Below, in pieces: positions 12,801 through 26,200 of a DNA stretch of 64,000 bases (within the stretch, counting starts at the first letter, position 1; each line of letters opens with the position of its first letter). The notes under the pieces were generated by a model that worked only from the letters and a program-made list of their open reading frames with translations, made no database searches and was not told where the DNA came from. The DNA comes from Fimbriosthenelais zetlandica. Taxonomy: Eukaryota. The position numbers were made by a program, and so were the translations under genes. The stretch is taken from positions 15,004,001 to 15,068,000 of the forward strand of contig OZ365112.1 in assembly GCA_977030845.1 (NCBI GenBank). Direction: 5' to 3'.

Positions 12801-14682
12801 CTTCGTGTTCTTGTTTTGGGCTTAGAGTACTCTAAGTTTTGGGGTATTAAAAAGTATTATTTTTCCGTGGAATATTGTTCCTTTGAAACTACTACAAACA
12901 GAAGCTGGTACTATTGTGTTCATAGTTTGAAACGGCCTGCTGTACCAGATGGACAGATTAATGACATGTGTTTCTCTGTCGAGACAGGGGGGCTTGGAGG
13001 TTAAGTTTTTGTTTTTGTGAGTATTTACTTAATACACTTGACACTAAATATCCCACTGAGTTAGTTAATACTCGTAGGAGATAATCCAACCTGAAATAGT
13101 AGACATGATAACAGAGATTATCTTTATGGTGTTATTGACACTGGACACGCATAAGCTAACCGTATTATCTACTGGGCTTTAAACCTTAACGGGAGAGAGA
13201 ATAATCATTGCTATTTATGTACATGTATACAGTAACATGTTATGGATTTCTAAAATAGCTTTGAATATCAATCATGTACTGAGAAGTACGTAACAAGTCC
13301 TGTGAAAATATATGAGAAATTAGATTGTTGATGATAGCAATAGCTCCCAATTCGCCCGGGAATATTTTACCCAATATATTAAGGACTAAATATTTATACA
13401 TTTGCCCTGTGTGGCGACTGGAATCAGTCTAGCATGGATGAATGGTTATTTTCATGTTATGCTCAATCAGGCATGATGAGGAGTGATTCCAGTATTCCTA
13501 GGGTCTGTCAAGAAACAAGATGCAGAATAGTAACCCATACATCTAGACACAAGACTTGCCTCTAGCTTTTACAGTCAATATTTGATGTGAAACGAGCCCT
13601 GACCAGTTGTAATCCGCTCTATCGCACCTGCTGACTCCTCCATGCCTTCCTAATCTAGTTAATCTGGCTTAACTGTATGAACAGAAACAATGTTATAACT
13701 TCACTGACATTAGCCTCATAAGCACCAGCTGTAGCCATCATTTATTCTCAGATATCTTTCATCCATTTCTAGATGTCCACTTATAATTTATTGTGATAAT
13801 TTGCGATTAAGCTGGCAATAAATAGACCACAAATTCTCTTAATGAGCAGATCAAAGGAGATCAAACACATTTGCCTCTTAAAGAGAAGCAATTTATCAAT
13901 TTTGCTTGATGGTGAACCTGACTTTTCCAAATGCTACATGCAGTTGTTCATGAGTTGCACACAATGTATTAAATGTATTAATTAATGTAAAATGTATTAA
14001 TACTGCATAAACATATGGACGCCTAATGAGTCCTTGTTAAGCTATTAGAGCCACTCACTCTCTTGTTATTCTGTGTACGTCGTGTGTGAACTATGAACTT
14101 AAGTTTGGGGCACCTCCAAAACACTGTTGTTCCAAAACTAAGGCACCTTCCCTCCCTCCGCCCGACCTCCACGTTTGGCAGTAGGCAAGCCTGTCTCTGC
14201 TATAACTTGTTCACCTATTTGTATTTGGGATATCGTCCAAGCTGAAGGTCTTGCGCCTGAACCCCACAACCCCCCTGCTCCATATCCATGCTCCATTTTC
14301 CCCGCCCCTGGAACCAAGGCACTCTTGTTCAACTGTACTCCACACTTGGCAGGAACACTGGCACTCTTTCCGTTCAAAAGCCCGCCCCACAATTGTGCCA
14401 GATTTTGTCATTTATACTGACATCATTTTTACAAGCTCAGCTGATGCTGATCCTGGCAATTTTCACCAGGGGTGAAATTGTGTGCGTTGAAAAAAGAACT
14501 TTTTGTGTGTGTTTATTGTGACGCCCGAACATGTTTAGATTGTTCACTCTTTGAGTTCTACACATCTCGGTTCCCTCCATTAAACACATTGATGTTCTGT
14601 TTGCTGGTACTCCCAATGTTCAGCCTTTAATTTGAAAAGGTATTTTTTGAAATACAATTTGAGCTTCACTCGTAGATTGATC

Positions 14683-15420
14683 CTTAGAGTAAAATGAATA
14701 GAGAGAGCTCTTCCCGAACTGCGGTTTGCCTCCTGTTGAGAGGGTCCGAATCCGCGGCCGGGGATGAGAGAGATATCTTAGATTAAGTAGATAACAAAAC
14801 CCTTTTGAACACCATGTGCGTTGCCGCTTCGACCTGATTTTACTGATGTCCTAGTGACCTAGTAAATTTTAACGGATTATAAAAAAGTTAATAACTCATA
14901 AGTTGATAGACCGATCTTAACAGTAAGCAACAGTAAAATCCGATCCATCAATGCGGTCATTTTGATAGCAAGCCTGTGTTTCTCGGACCATTCAGCCTTC
15001 AGAGAAACATTTTAGTATTGTACTTTTAAAATCCATTTTCCACCATTTTGGGCTGTATTGGGGGGCATTGAAATTACATATTATTAAAGAGAAAAAGATT
15101 CTCTACCTCTTGGTACAAGTGTAACCCGTGTCACCTCGTGTCACCAATTAGATATCAGAGAGTGAAAACCCGGTTGTTTCTATAATTCCCCTATGTTTCT
15201 ACACTGAGAACTCTCTCGACAATAAAGTGGAGGCAGGGTTATACCCTCCTCTGAGGTCATATCAAGGCGGCAATCGGCTGACCACTCAGATGTGGTCAGT
15301 CTTCCCTCCACCTACCCCATGCTGTTTTACTGTCATATTTGCGGTAACCTCCTCCAGGGCGGCAACGCACATGGTACCTCAGATCTGGAGGAGAGCTCTC
15401 TCTATTCATTTTACTCTAAG
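14683..15420. mobile_element. Complete non-autonomous TIR DNA transposon (MITE-like), 738 bp, in MPRIP intron 2
   Basis: Perfect 29-bp terminal inverted repeats CTTAGAGTAAAATGAATAGAGAGAGCTCT (14683-14711 / 15392-15420). ATTGATC is directly repeated on both flanks (14676-14682, 15421-15427). An inner 17-bp inverted repeat lies at 14811-14827 / 15359-15375. No transposase ORF. Confidence 0.9.
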
Positions 15421-15829
15421 ATTGATCTATAAAACTTAGCCGCAGGGCAAAATATATGCTCTCGTATCTCATCCTTTGCCTTGGAGCTCAGGACATATAT
15501 TATAGGCCTGACAACTTGTTCTGAACAGTCTATACACAAGAACCAAGACAGTGGCAGAGTTCCAGGATTGGATGTTATCAGGCCTGTGATGGTGTGAGTG
15601 TAATCACTGGAAGACTATGAACTATCACTGTCAGGGGCGAGCCAATGTGTGAGCTGCTCAACCTCCGTCAATGGGTATTATTTATTGAATATTTAGAAAT
15701 TTGTGAAATTTATATCTTTTAAGGCAATGCTGTTGGAATCAAACTCTTTTTATTATTGAGCATTTCGTTTTTGCCCATGAAGCTAGTTTGTGAGAAAAAC
15801 TACCAAAAGAAATCAGCTTCCACCCTGAC

Positions 15830-15903
15830 CCGGAAATGGCCTGCCCCCACCTGTGTTAATGTGGGAGAAGGCGCCTGGGGGTGTGGATAAAGGTCAAAGG
15901 TTA
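15830..15903 (+). promoter_or_regulatory. Candidate enhancer: ETS core, E-box and nuclear-receptor DR1
   Basis: CCGGAAAT (15830), CACCTG (15848) and AGGTCA-A-AGGTTA (15891-15903) in a GC-rich patch. Motif match only. Confidence 0.3.
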
Positions 15904-18900
15904 GACGACTACAGGGCTCTGCCCTTATGCTGGCTTGTACTGAAGTGTCTCTCTTACCGATTTATGTGGCTACATTATGTTGATTTGGGTACTCTAGCGA
16001 AGGGTTTATTGCAAAGTGACATATGGTGTTTGATAGTAGTGTGAATTTTTTTGGATCATTTGGAAATTTAATCTTGTTTAAATTTAATCATTTCCTAATT
16101 GATGAACATTAATTCGGGTCATTATAAATGGAACAGTTTTAGTTGAGAGGGTACGACTGAACGAGGCTATGATGCCTATACCTATGGCTGAGGCTGACCC
16201 TCCTCTCCTGCCCCTAGGATCCATGCACTGGTCACATATCAACTCCAGCTGTTACTATGGACACAGAGCAGGCCACATGCTCAGCTGAGTGCACAATTTA
16301 TGTTCCAGGTTTATTTTTATTATTGAAGTCCCTGATGGTTTTGTAAATATAATGTCTTGAAAATGCTCCCCATTTCTTTTGTCCACCACTGAATTCTATT
16401 GGATGGACAGAAAATATCTCATCTTTGTAGTGTACTTGCATTGTGGTTTTCACCGTTTTGTGACATCTGATCTCTGAGCCATAAATATAAGCATTTCCGG
16501 TACCATTTCCCGAGCGAGCTTCTCATGGTGTGGTCCCTTTATCTCTTTATCACTGCTTATCATATAGGATATCTCAATCATCCAGGCAGGGGGTCATTGA
16601 CCAGTAACAACTGGAACCGTATACATCCCTGTCATCACTGGCCATATACCCGCCTTCAACCTCAAGCCAAGGATAAAGAGCGTCAGATATTGTTGCAGAT
16701 CTCTTATCTCAAAGATGAGGTCTTTATAGCTCTGGGTCTTTTAATTGAAGGAAACATGACTCATTTAACCACACTAGTTGGATGATAAAGATATATTTTT
16801 ATCAGTGTTCAGCTAATGTTCTTTGAAGAGAGACTGTTATAAATTTATTTAAACAAAGAATTATGCCAGATTTATCAGGTAGATTGATCCATACCAGAAT
16901 TAGTCCCCGATATTCAATTCTTAGGCTTCCATGACTTTATCTCAGTTTAATTATCATGGATTCAATTAATAAAAATTAATTTTATATTAATTGAGACTTT
17001 GTAGCGTCAGTATATTGACATATATCTCCTTCCATTGAAGTTCATCTATACCTGCTATACCTGCTATCTCTCAATCATCTTATGATTCCTTCTTGAGATC
17101 AACGTCCCTAGATTTTCTGAGTAATGTCCATCATTTATAAATAATGGGTTGTAAGTGAAACTCCTTGTGTGGTGAAGAGAATTAATGCCACCAGTGGACT
17201 ATAACAATAAGTGAATCATGCCACTAATTCATCATTAATCAGGCTCACCCCTCCATCCGCTCCCATTACCCTCCATTAGTACATTGCCCCCAAGAGAAAC
17301 CGAATGATTAGTCACTCTAAGTCTTTTTTTAGGTGGGAGGTTGAAATGCATCTGATAACAAAAATATTCAATTTCAACTCAAAAAATCGCCTGTAGCTCA
17401 CACTAATCTACACTGTGGGAAATTTCTAGACGTTATTTCAAGTCTGTGATTTGGTTTGGTCCTTAGTCAATATTTGAATATTCTGAAAATCAAAAATAAG
17501 GTTTATAGTGTATTGACAAATTATACTTCGAATGAAATTATGAAGATGTATAGATCTTCATGTGTTTTACTGTTACTGAACCCCATGGAACTAAACCGAA
17601 CCAGATGGTCCAGTGACTTGTTATAAATCAAGGAAATTTGATTGCACCTCATGTTTTGCGCCTATTATGTGGGCCTGATTGTCTTAAATCACTTTCATCG
17701 GACGTGGACAATTACTATTATGAGCTGTTAATGACCAGATTGAGTGCTCTCCTGACGGAAACTGCGGCCATGATTCAGTGTTTAAATTGTAACTGTGTAA
17801 ATACATTCAGCTCGGTAGAATCCATTGCTGATCAGAGAGGCATCAGCTCTGTTGGTTTGTCGTTTGGTCACATTGATGGGGTTGGGTTAAGATGAGGTCT
17901 GAATCACACATGTATCAAGGCAATCATTCATAATATTAATCATTCTCATGATGAATCGGTGGCACTTTTGTCACGGACTCATCCGGACATGAGCAATTGG
18001 ATTTAGTCTTTTTCTTCGGTTTTAGTTGAAATATATAAGATCAACATGGCTCCTTTGCATCACTCATGTCACATTAGGAGCCTTCAGCTGGTGTGTTAAA
18101 TTATGGTGCAAAAAATAAAGGAAACATGTTCCAACTGTCACTTGGCCCAGGTGCTCTGGATTGCTTTGATTGTAAAACGCCCAGATTTTGTTCCCTATTG
18201 GTTTTGGAGCCTCAGCCCAATGATAAAATGATACATTGTGGATATCACTATCAAATTTCCAACACAATAATAGGCCTACTCCTATAATATGTCAGTCTCT
18301 CGCCCATTTATGTCTACTTTATCACACTTCGTCTGACCGTAATTTATTATTCATCATTCAGATGTTAAGGAAGACTTTTTATCAAAGTTCTATTAAATAA
18401 ATTTTCTTTGTATTATAAACTTTGGTGTCCAGGTGTTCAACAATATTGGTTCACATACAAGTTTCTGTAAGATTTACTTTGATGTCTGTCTCTCCTACAA
18501 TACGACTGTTCTATTTATTAACACTTTTTGTCCTCTTCTCCTCATAGCGGCGGGGCTCTTGTCTGGTTTGATGAAAGTATAGTTAATACCATTCATCTTC
18601 TCTCTGTGAGATACTTAAAAAATAAGGAATTCAGAATCTCTAATAAGTCTTCCTTGCTTGCCTGCCTTTCCAATGGGATGGGGATTGGTACTCTGTGCTG
18701 TGTTGGGGCTATGACTTGAGGGAGATTTGATTTGATATGGGTTGGCCATCATCGGCATGTCAGTCATGATAGATATTTCTTTAAAGGTTTTTTCTACCGG
18801 TTGATTTATTTAGTCAGGTTAATGAATTATTTAAAATCTTGCTGGAGGAATAAGTGACAAATGGTATTCCCCTGAAGTTTACATCTGACCAGAAAGCTTC

Positions 18901-20087
18901 AGACATTGACACTGCATGAACCAGACACCGCTCAGATGTTCTACCGCAAAAATATGACGACGCTAAAAACTGCTAAGTAATCACACTCACAAAAATAGTT
19001 TCTTGAAAGCAAACATATATCCCTGACGTTTTTATTTAACCCCGCCGACCTAAATAAAATAGAAGCGAAGGAGACAGTAATTTGAAACTGGTTTTAAAAA
19101 GATGGGAGGACTTATCATTGTGGGCGTATGACCAAATGTGTATACGTGAATGTGCTTGGATCAATAATTTTTTGATGTTGAAACAGATGGGAAAAATCAT
19201 GGAGACTGGGTGTGGGGCTCGACCATATAAGAAATGGATAAGAAATACATGTGGGAGAACATAAATGTATTGTTAGAGGTGAATAGTGTATGGTGGGCAA
19301 AGAAGAGTGGTGGGAAATCTTCCCTGGACATCTGTTAAATATTATCACAACTTTTCTTGTTAAATGTTCTCAAAACACGCATAAATATGGGGGATGATAT
19401 CTAATGCACAATAAATAATCAGTCGTGTATTACTTCAAAGATAGCACACTGAGAAAAAAAGTGAAATGCTCTCCTTATCGGATTCCATGTTCACAATGTT
19501 CAAATGTCTCTATGATTATAGCAGTGCTATGTTAAATTCAGTTTGGAAATATGATTTTAAGGCAAACAATGTGTTTAATTATTTAAGTTTGTAGTTAAAT
19601 ATTGCCCCCAAAACTGAAGATCAGGTCTTTGTATGTCTCTGATACCATTAGGCAATTATATATCGCGCTAAATGATATGTCTAAATTGAAATCTGAAGAT
19701 CTGTTTTTCTGTAGATCTATAGTAATTCCTAAACCAAACAAAATGAGTCATTGACAAAACCCTGGGAGGTAAACCCATGTACTAATATTGCGTCAGTCTA
19801 TTGTACGCATCAATGATAATTCATCACAGTATTGAAGCTAAATGGTGACGCAATTTCCTTTGTCAGTTCTGTGTATTAGATCAGTTAAAGGCTTCTATGA
19901 TTCAAAGGCTTGATTTGTACCCAATATTACATAAAAGCCCTGGATACTGCTCTTTCAAGTGCTCATTATTTCTTGACGAATAACAAATTATATTATATAA
20001 ATTGATATTTTCTATGATAAGATATGCATTGAACTTTATTTATGTTTCCTATGAGTGTGACTAACAAATGTTTTTCTCTCATTTCAG

Positions 20088-20153
20088 CGATGGCAGAGAC
20101 GGTTTTTCGTTCTCTATGATGATGGAGAGCTTACTTATTCCGTGGATGAAAAT
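20088..20153 (+). CDS. MPRIP: MPRIP-like coding exon 3 ([22 protein letters not shown])
   Basis: Pyrimidine tract plus CAG acceptor, AAT|GTAAGT donor, phase 0-0. Carries the PH-domain WQRRFF.LY motif of the MPRIP family. Confidence 0.95.
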
Positions 20154-23100
20154 GTAAGTATTATATCTAAGAAACAAATAGCCCAGCAATCTTGGGCTGA
20201 ACTTGGACCCCAGATATTGAACTCGTTAATAGCTTAATTTGACTTTAATGTACACTTGTGAGCACATATAAATAAGGGTTTTATTGCCGGAATGTGTCTC
20301 TTTTGGAAGTGTGAAGATTTGATTCGTGCCACTGCCTCCTCAAGTCTTTTCCTGTCCCACTTTTCTTCTTAGATCGTGACAAGAACGAAGCTTTTTAAAG
20401 TGCTTGACACTTGAAGCCAATCGTAAAGTTAATGTAGCCAGGTTGATGAGATAATTTACATGGCATTGACATTCATTGGTCGATCTGGATGATATGGGTA
20501 GGAGGACCATCATTGTATGATGTTTTGATTAGACATGGGAATGCTATTATTTTTTATCAATTTTTTCACCAGAAAAATGTACAGTTGGTCTCTGAAGTCA
20601 CATGTGATACATCACACTTTAAACAATTTCTGGAAGAAAAATACATCGGCCATATGTTCATAATGCTTACATGCATGTCTTGCATGATGATATTGATATT
20701 TTGTCCAGGACTATGTTGTCCTCGTAAGATCACAGAACAGCTGTTTAGGATCGAGATCAAATGTTAGGAAGGATATGGTCTTTATCGTGTGAACCCTTGA
20801 CTTTAAATGTTAGAGATTTATGCCTTAGCGTGAGGTACAACAGAAGGCCTTCCATACTGCACCATTTGTGGAGAGTCAACATTTTATTTCTCGTAGTAAA
20901 AAAAAACTCAGGTCCATTTCCTTGTGAGAGGTTTTCTTTTCTCCATCTGACACCTTTGAAAGTGCTCCTGATGAAGTGTGATACAGACACTCAACCCAGA
21001 TAAGGAAAAAATATGTCAGGAAGTTTGACAAAACAAATAAGTAAGATAATGGGTTCTTCTGGTGCAGACTGCCCTTGATATATTGTGGGTGTCCTTTCTC
21101 AATCTGTCATTGCTTGTAAAAGCTGCATTAGTGCGAGTTATCGGGTGGCAATAACTATAGGCTCTGATCTTTCTGGGTTTGTCTGGTGGCTTAAAGCTGG
21201 GAAACCAGATGTTTCCCTTTAGAAGATTTATATTCCTCCCTCAAGACCTTTCCCTCCCATTAAAGCCATTACATTAAGTATTCACCATATGACATTTGTA
21301 ACAAGAGTATAGAACTGGCAGGCAGGTATAAATGGATCTTTATAGTGTTAAGGTATAGAAGAACCGCCTCCTGGGTAGCATGAATTCCTCATCACAAAAA
21401 GGATGAACATTTTTAAATCCATAGTTTAGAGGTTAACAGATCAGGGCCATGGGAAAACGGTGAAATCAAATGTTAAAGCCGCAATGAATGCATTGAAATG
21501 ATGGATTTTAATGAATATCGGACATATACCCATGGGAACAGATCCACCCCATAGGAGCACTTTAGGCACCCACTCGTGAAGAGGGACTTGCATGTTTAGC
21601 TTTTACAATGATTAGATCCTTTTGTTCATGTATCTGGGAAACCTAGTGTGTGTTCACAGCTGGTTTATGGTATAGGTCTGCTGGAAGGTTATATGTCCTG
21701 AGATACCATTGTCATCACCTATCATGTGAATTACCACAATCATTCACAACACTAACCACAGGTATCTCCAGCTCCTTCACCAACACTTCCACCACATACC
21801 ACTCTACCACTGTTGCATGAATATGATGTCCAAGCCCCTCTTCTGCTGGCCAATATTGCCTTTAAAATAGTTGTGCCAATATTTTGCATTCATTTTGTGC
21901 ATACGCTCAGCTGCTCCATGATCGAAACGCATCCGAATCGTTCCAGACAAAAATGTTCTGGGACCAGACCAGGACTGAACTTCCGCGTCTGAACTTCTGG
22001 TCCTATTTAATGATCATAAAAACATAGATAATCAGATTATGACAATGGACATGCAATACTCGGATGATCCACTCGTGAACCCGGGGTGAGGTGGGGAGGG
22101 ATGCTGCCTTAATGAGTTATCAATCAGTATTATTGAGACAGGGGGGCTGGCTAGATTGGATGTAATTATGGTATAGAGCTGCCACTCTGAGAGCTCATCC
22201 TGCACGAGTCTGTCTACACACTGATAGCTGTAATCATGTTATCAACCAGTATGTGAGATTATCACTCAATTGGTGGCCACTCCTGTTGTGGATTAGGCCT
22301 CTGAGCCTTCTATATGTTTGCCCAATATAAAGGGATATAATGCTAAATATGGTCTGCTTTTAGTACATAAATGTATAGGCAAAGAGCTCTTTGGTAAAGG
22401 TATTCCCACCAGGAATGCAATTTCTATTCATGAGATAATTGAGTATATTTTAAAATTGGTGATGGTGTTGAGGTGTTGAAAGGACATTTTAAAGGAGGAT
22501 GTATCGAGGAGAAAATTATATACCGTACTTATAATTTATGTCATTGAATTTGTGGAAATTCTATTTAAGCCTGATGTATCTAGGTGTAAATACCAATTTC
22601 TTTGTCACTCTTGATAGATTTAGTAAGATTACCTCAAAGGGAAATTAGAATGCACGCTCAATTTGGGTTCAAGTGGTTGTGAAATCAGGGAGTCAATTTG
22701 ACTCTCAACCCGTAGCTAATAAATGGAGGAGGGTGTGTGGGAGAGGTTGTCCTTGTATGTGAGCCCACGAGAGTGTGTCCTAACATAGCCTCAGTATTTA
22801 TTAATATGCGATCATCATGTAATTGTATGTGTGTATGGGTCACACACGTTTGGCATGTGGTGTGTTCATGTAGCTTGGAAAAGTGAGTGTGGAATATTTG
22901 GCTTTGTGACAAAATCCTCCTGGGTCAAGCGGACTAAAGCTGGCTCTAAATACCTGCGGTAGACTGGCTCTATATGAAGTCTTAGCATTCCTCGGAGATG
23001 CATAAACACGAGGGCAAAAATAAACTTATGACATGGGTGCTCAGCGTGCTTGGACAAACAAGCAGACTGTGATGAACACAAAAAGAAATACACTTCCCCT

Positions 23101-23183
23101 CTCCCTCCCGTCAATGGCCCTCAAGGTGCTACAAGCGCATCGAAAACTTGGCTTATACTCCTTTGATTTTTTAAATATTTTTC

Positions 23184-23267
23184 TAGCCCTATGTACATTG
23201 AAAATGTTATTTTTGCACTTAGAATATTTTTAAATTCAGTAGCCCTAGGTACTTTGGAAATGTTATT
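23184..23267. repeat. Degenerate local tandem duplication, 28-bp unit, period 56
   Basis: TAGCCCTATGTACATTGAAAATGTTATT vs TAGCCCTAGGTACTTTGGAAATGTTATT (3 mismatches). Confidence 0.7.
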
Positions 23268-26200
23268 ATTTTTTTAATAAAAAATGATTATGTATTAAAT
23301 ATGATGATACCTTTGTAATATCATATTTATTTAAAAAATATTTAACATTTTTAAACCAATGGATGTTTTCCCCATGCATAATGATTTTGCTGCATGGTTT
23401 CATGCCCTTCACACTCGAGACAATTCCCCTTACCACCTCTGTTGGTAGTAAATTGGACCGTGGGGAATGAGTTACCAAGTTAACATGTGAGAGTCAAAGT
23501 GCTGGTGTTTAGCATGCTGTCCACAATTAGCAGGCTGGTCACAATGGTTTATAGGCGGCCAAACCAAGCAAGCCACCACGCCTGACTGGTGGTTACATGG
23601 CGTGACCACTGTCCACCCTGAATACCTGCTCATCAGGCTGACCCCCAATTTAGCTGGACAATACCTCTACAGGCTTGATCACAAGGCTCCCCTCTCTATG
23701 CGCCCCAGGCTTAAAATGACCTGTGGGTGGATTCTTGACTGGACATTAGTTTGTTCTGTCACCTCTTGACTGTAGGGGAATTGGAATGTGTCTGGCCAGT
23801 GGTAAAGTGTTGCTATTGGGAGATATGAATTATACATGTTTTGTAGGGCTTAAACTTGTATGTGTTATGTTCGATGAAACAAACACATTCCTGAAAATAT
23901 AGGCAAAATCAAGTTTCCCCTGCCTTGCATCACATATCCCTTCACTCTCATAGTCTTTATTGTGGAAACACAGGGAAGGATAAGTTCGACCCATTACACT
24001 GTATTCAGCCTGTACTTCAATGAGGTTGAGATGCTAATAAACACCTTAATACATGAGGAACTGACAGGTGTTGAGTGGCTTTGAAGTCCGACCAACCCCT
24101 CAATAGTCACAAGCCATGTTGGCCACAATGGAACAAACAATTCCCTCTTTGAAACCATTCACATCCTTGACTAATGTGAAACTGAAAGGATGGCCTTTCA
24201 ATTCATGAGAAGGTAGTGTGTTTAGAAACAGACTTGTTACCTCATCCCTAAATACATCCATTTCTTAATCCCTAATCTCCACACAAAAACAATTATTTCA
24301 CAAGCTCAAACTTGAATGAAAGTACATGAATCTTTGATGTAAATTACACATTTTGCCCCGTAATCCTACGTGTAATCAGGATAAATTAGCATCTGTAATA
24401 TCCATTTACCTGTCACTTTCATGGGGGAGTAAATGCATGTATACACTGTACTTAAATAAGACAGGAGTGGTAACTGGGCAATGTGAATTTACCCGGTGAA
24501 TTAATGTTCAGGTCTTGAGACAATGATCTCTAATTGTATCTATCTAGGCCACGTTAATTAACCCAATTATCTCATAGTCTCTCCCGACAACAAATGTCTA
24601 ATGAGACTTGGGAATCTAACGAAAAACACTGGTAAAGCAAAGGAAAGTTGATTCATAACCGAAATAACTATTTAAACACTTAATTTTTTTTCAGGGTGAG
24701 ACCAATTTGAAATGTCATTTCTACCCTAGTTTGTATGAAAAATCACTGCAGAATTGCCACCAGCAGTGAAACGTAGTAACCTCGCCGGGTACAAGCAAAA
24801 ACAATATAAAGACTATAACCGACATATACCATACCAATCCGTTGCTTTTGGTAAAATGCCCATAGTCGTATGATGAAGTATTAAAAGTTCCCTATTCACT
24901 TGACAAATTCATTGCGTCATATTCACTGATGACGGATTCAGAATTGAAATAAATAAGAAACATTTTTGTCATATTTAGCATGTATGTCATCACCGCTTGT
25001 GTGGGAGTGGTAGTGGGAGCCTTGCCATGCAGGTAATATGTATGTGATATAGATGTAATGGTCCCATACCTTTACATACATGTCAATGTACAGCATGATT
25101 CAGCCTGCTCATGTAGATAGCAATGTATGCTGCATGGTAGTAGTCATTACTGCTGACTCCCGGAGTGTAACCACCCAATGTGAGTTATCATTGTGCGTCT
25201 ATTCACAACCTCTCATACAATAGACAAGAGTTATGTCATGAACAATACTCCAAGCTCAGTCATCCGCGGATGCTACCCATCTATATTTGCCCTCGACCTA
25301 AAATATGATTTGGAAAACTATTACATAAATTTATCTTGTACTTAGACCAGTCTACACGTACTTGTTGACTGATGTTGTTTAGCTTAAATTTAATAATGCA
25401 CGACTAATAAGTGTGGGAACATTCCTGTCAATGATTCACAGAGGTTGGGATTCTCTCATGTGGTAGAGACCTTCAATTAACCACAAATTTGGTAATTGTA
25501 TCCACAAGCCTTTTCCTGGTTGCCAAAGTGCATTGGTACCTTTTCACAGAGAGTTATTTGATCCTAGATGGACTCAGGATAGATCTGTATTCTTTCCCAG
25601 TTTAAAATGCATCTGGAATTTAAAAGGGCAGGTGCAAAATAGATTCACTCATGTGCCTTTTCCATTAAATGTAACTTCCCATTTTTCAGTTGAAACATAA
25701 ATGGTTAAGCATTTTCTTGTGTTGGCCTAATTGATAATGATGGAGAAGATGAATTTGGAGTAGGCTCAGGGGATGACACTGAAAAGTTGATCTTGTCAAG
25801 CCGGCTCAGATCCACTGAGGGTATGTATAGGGAAGTCAGACTAGATCTATATATTCTCCTCCACAATTAACCTGAATAAGGTTACCTGAGCATCCATGTA
25901 AAACCTCATTCCACATGTAATTACCTATCTTGAGTGCAACTACCTCTAATGGGAATATTCAAATGAAAATAGAGCAATAACATTACGGAAATTTATGACA
26001 ATACAATTGATACTATTTGATTTATGTAGTGTAAGGACCTTTCTGTGCCAGAATTTATCCTTGGTTTTCTCATTGTAATCTTGGATTAAATTTGTTGTGC
26101 TTTAAAAGTTGCTCACTCGGTTCATAATATTTCAGTGTTCCCCTGTTCTTATATAGCATAATAATGTAATGTTAGGTTATATAACAAAGTAGTTTATACC

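Noticed and set aside
20968-20995. Hammerhead-ribozyme-like CTGATGA followed by a 5-bp stem (AGTGT/ACACT)
   Set aside because: The stem is followed by CAAC rather than the obligatory GAAA, and stems I and III are not evident. Other CTGA(T/C)GA sites (24926, 28911, 48458) also fail.
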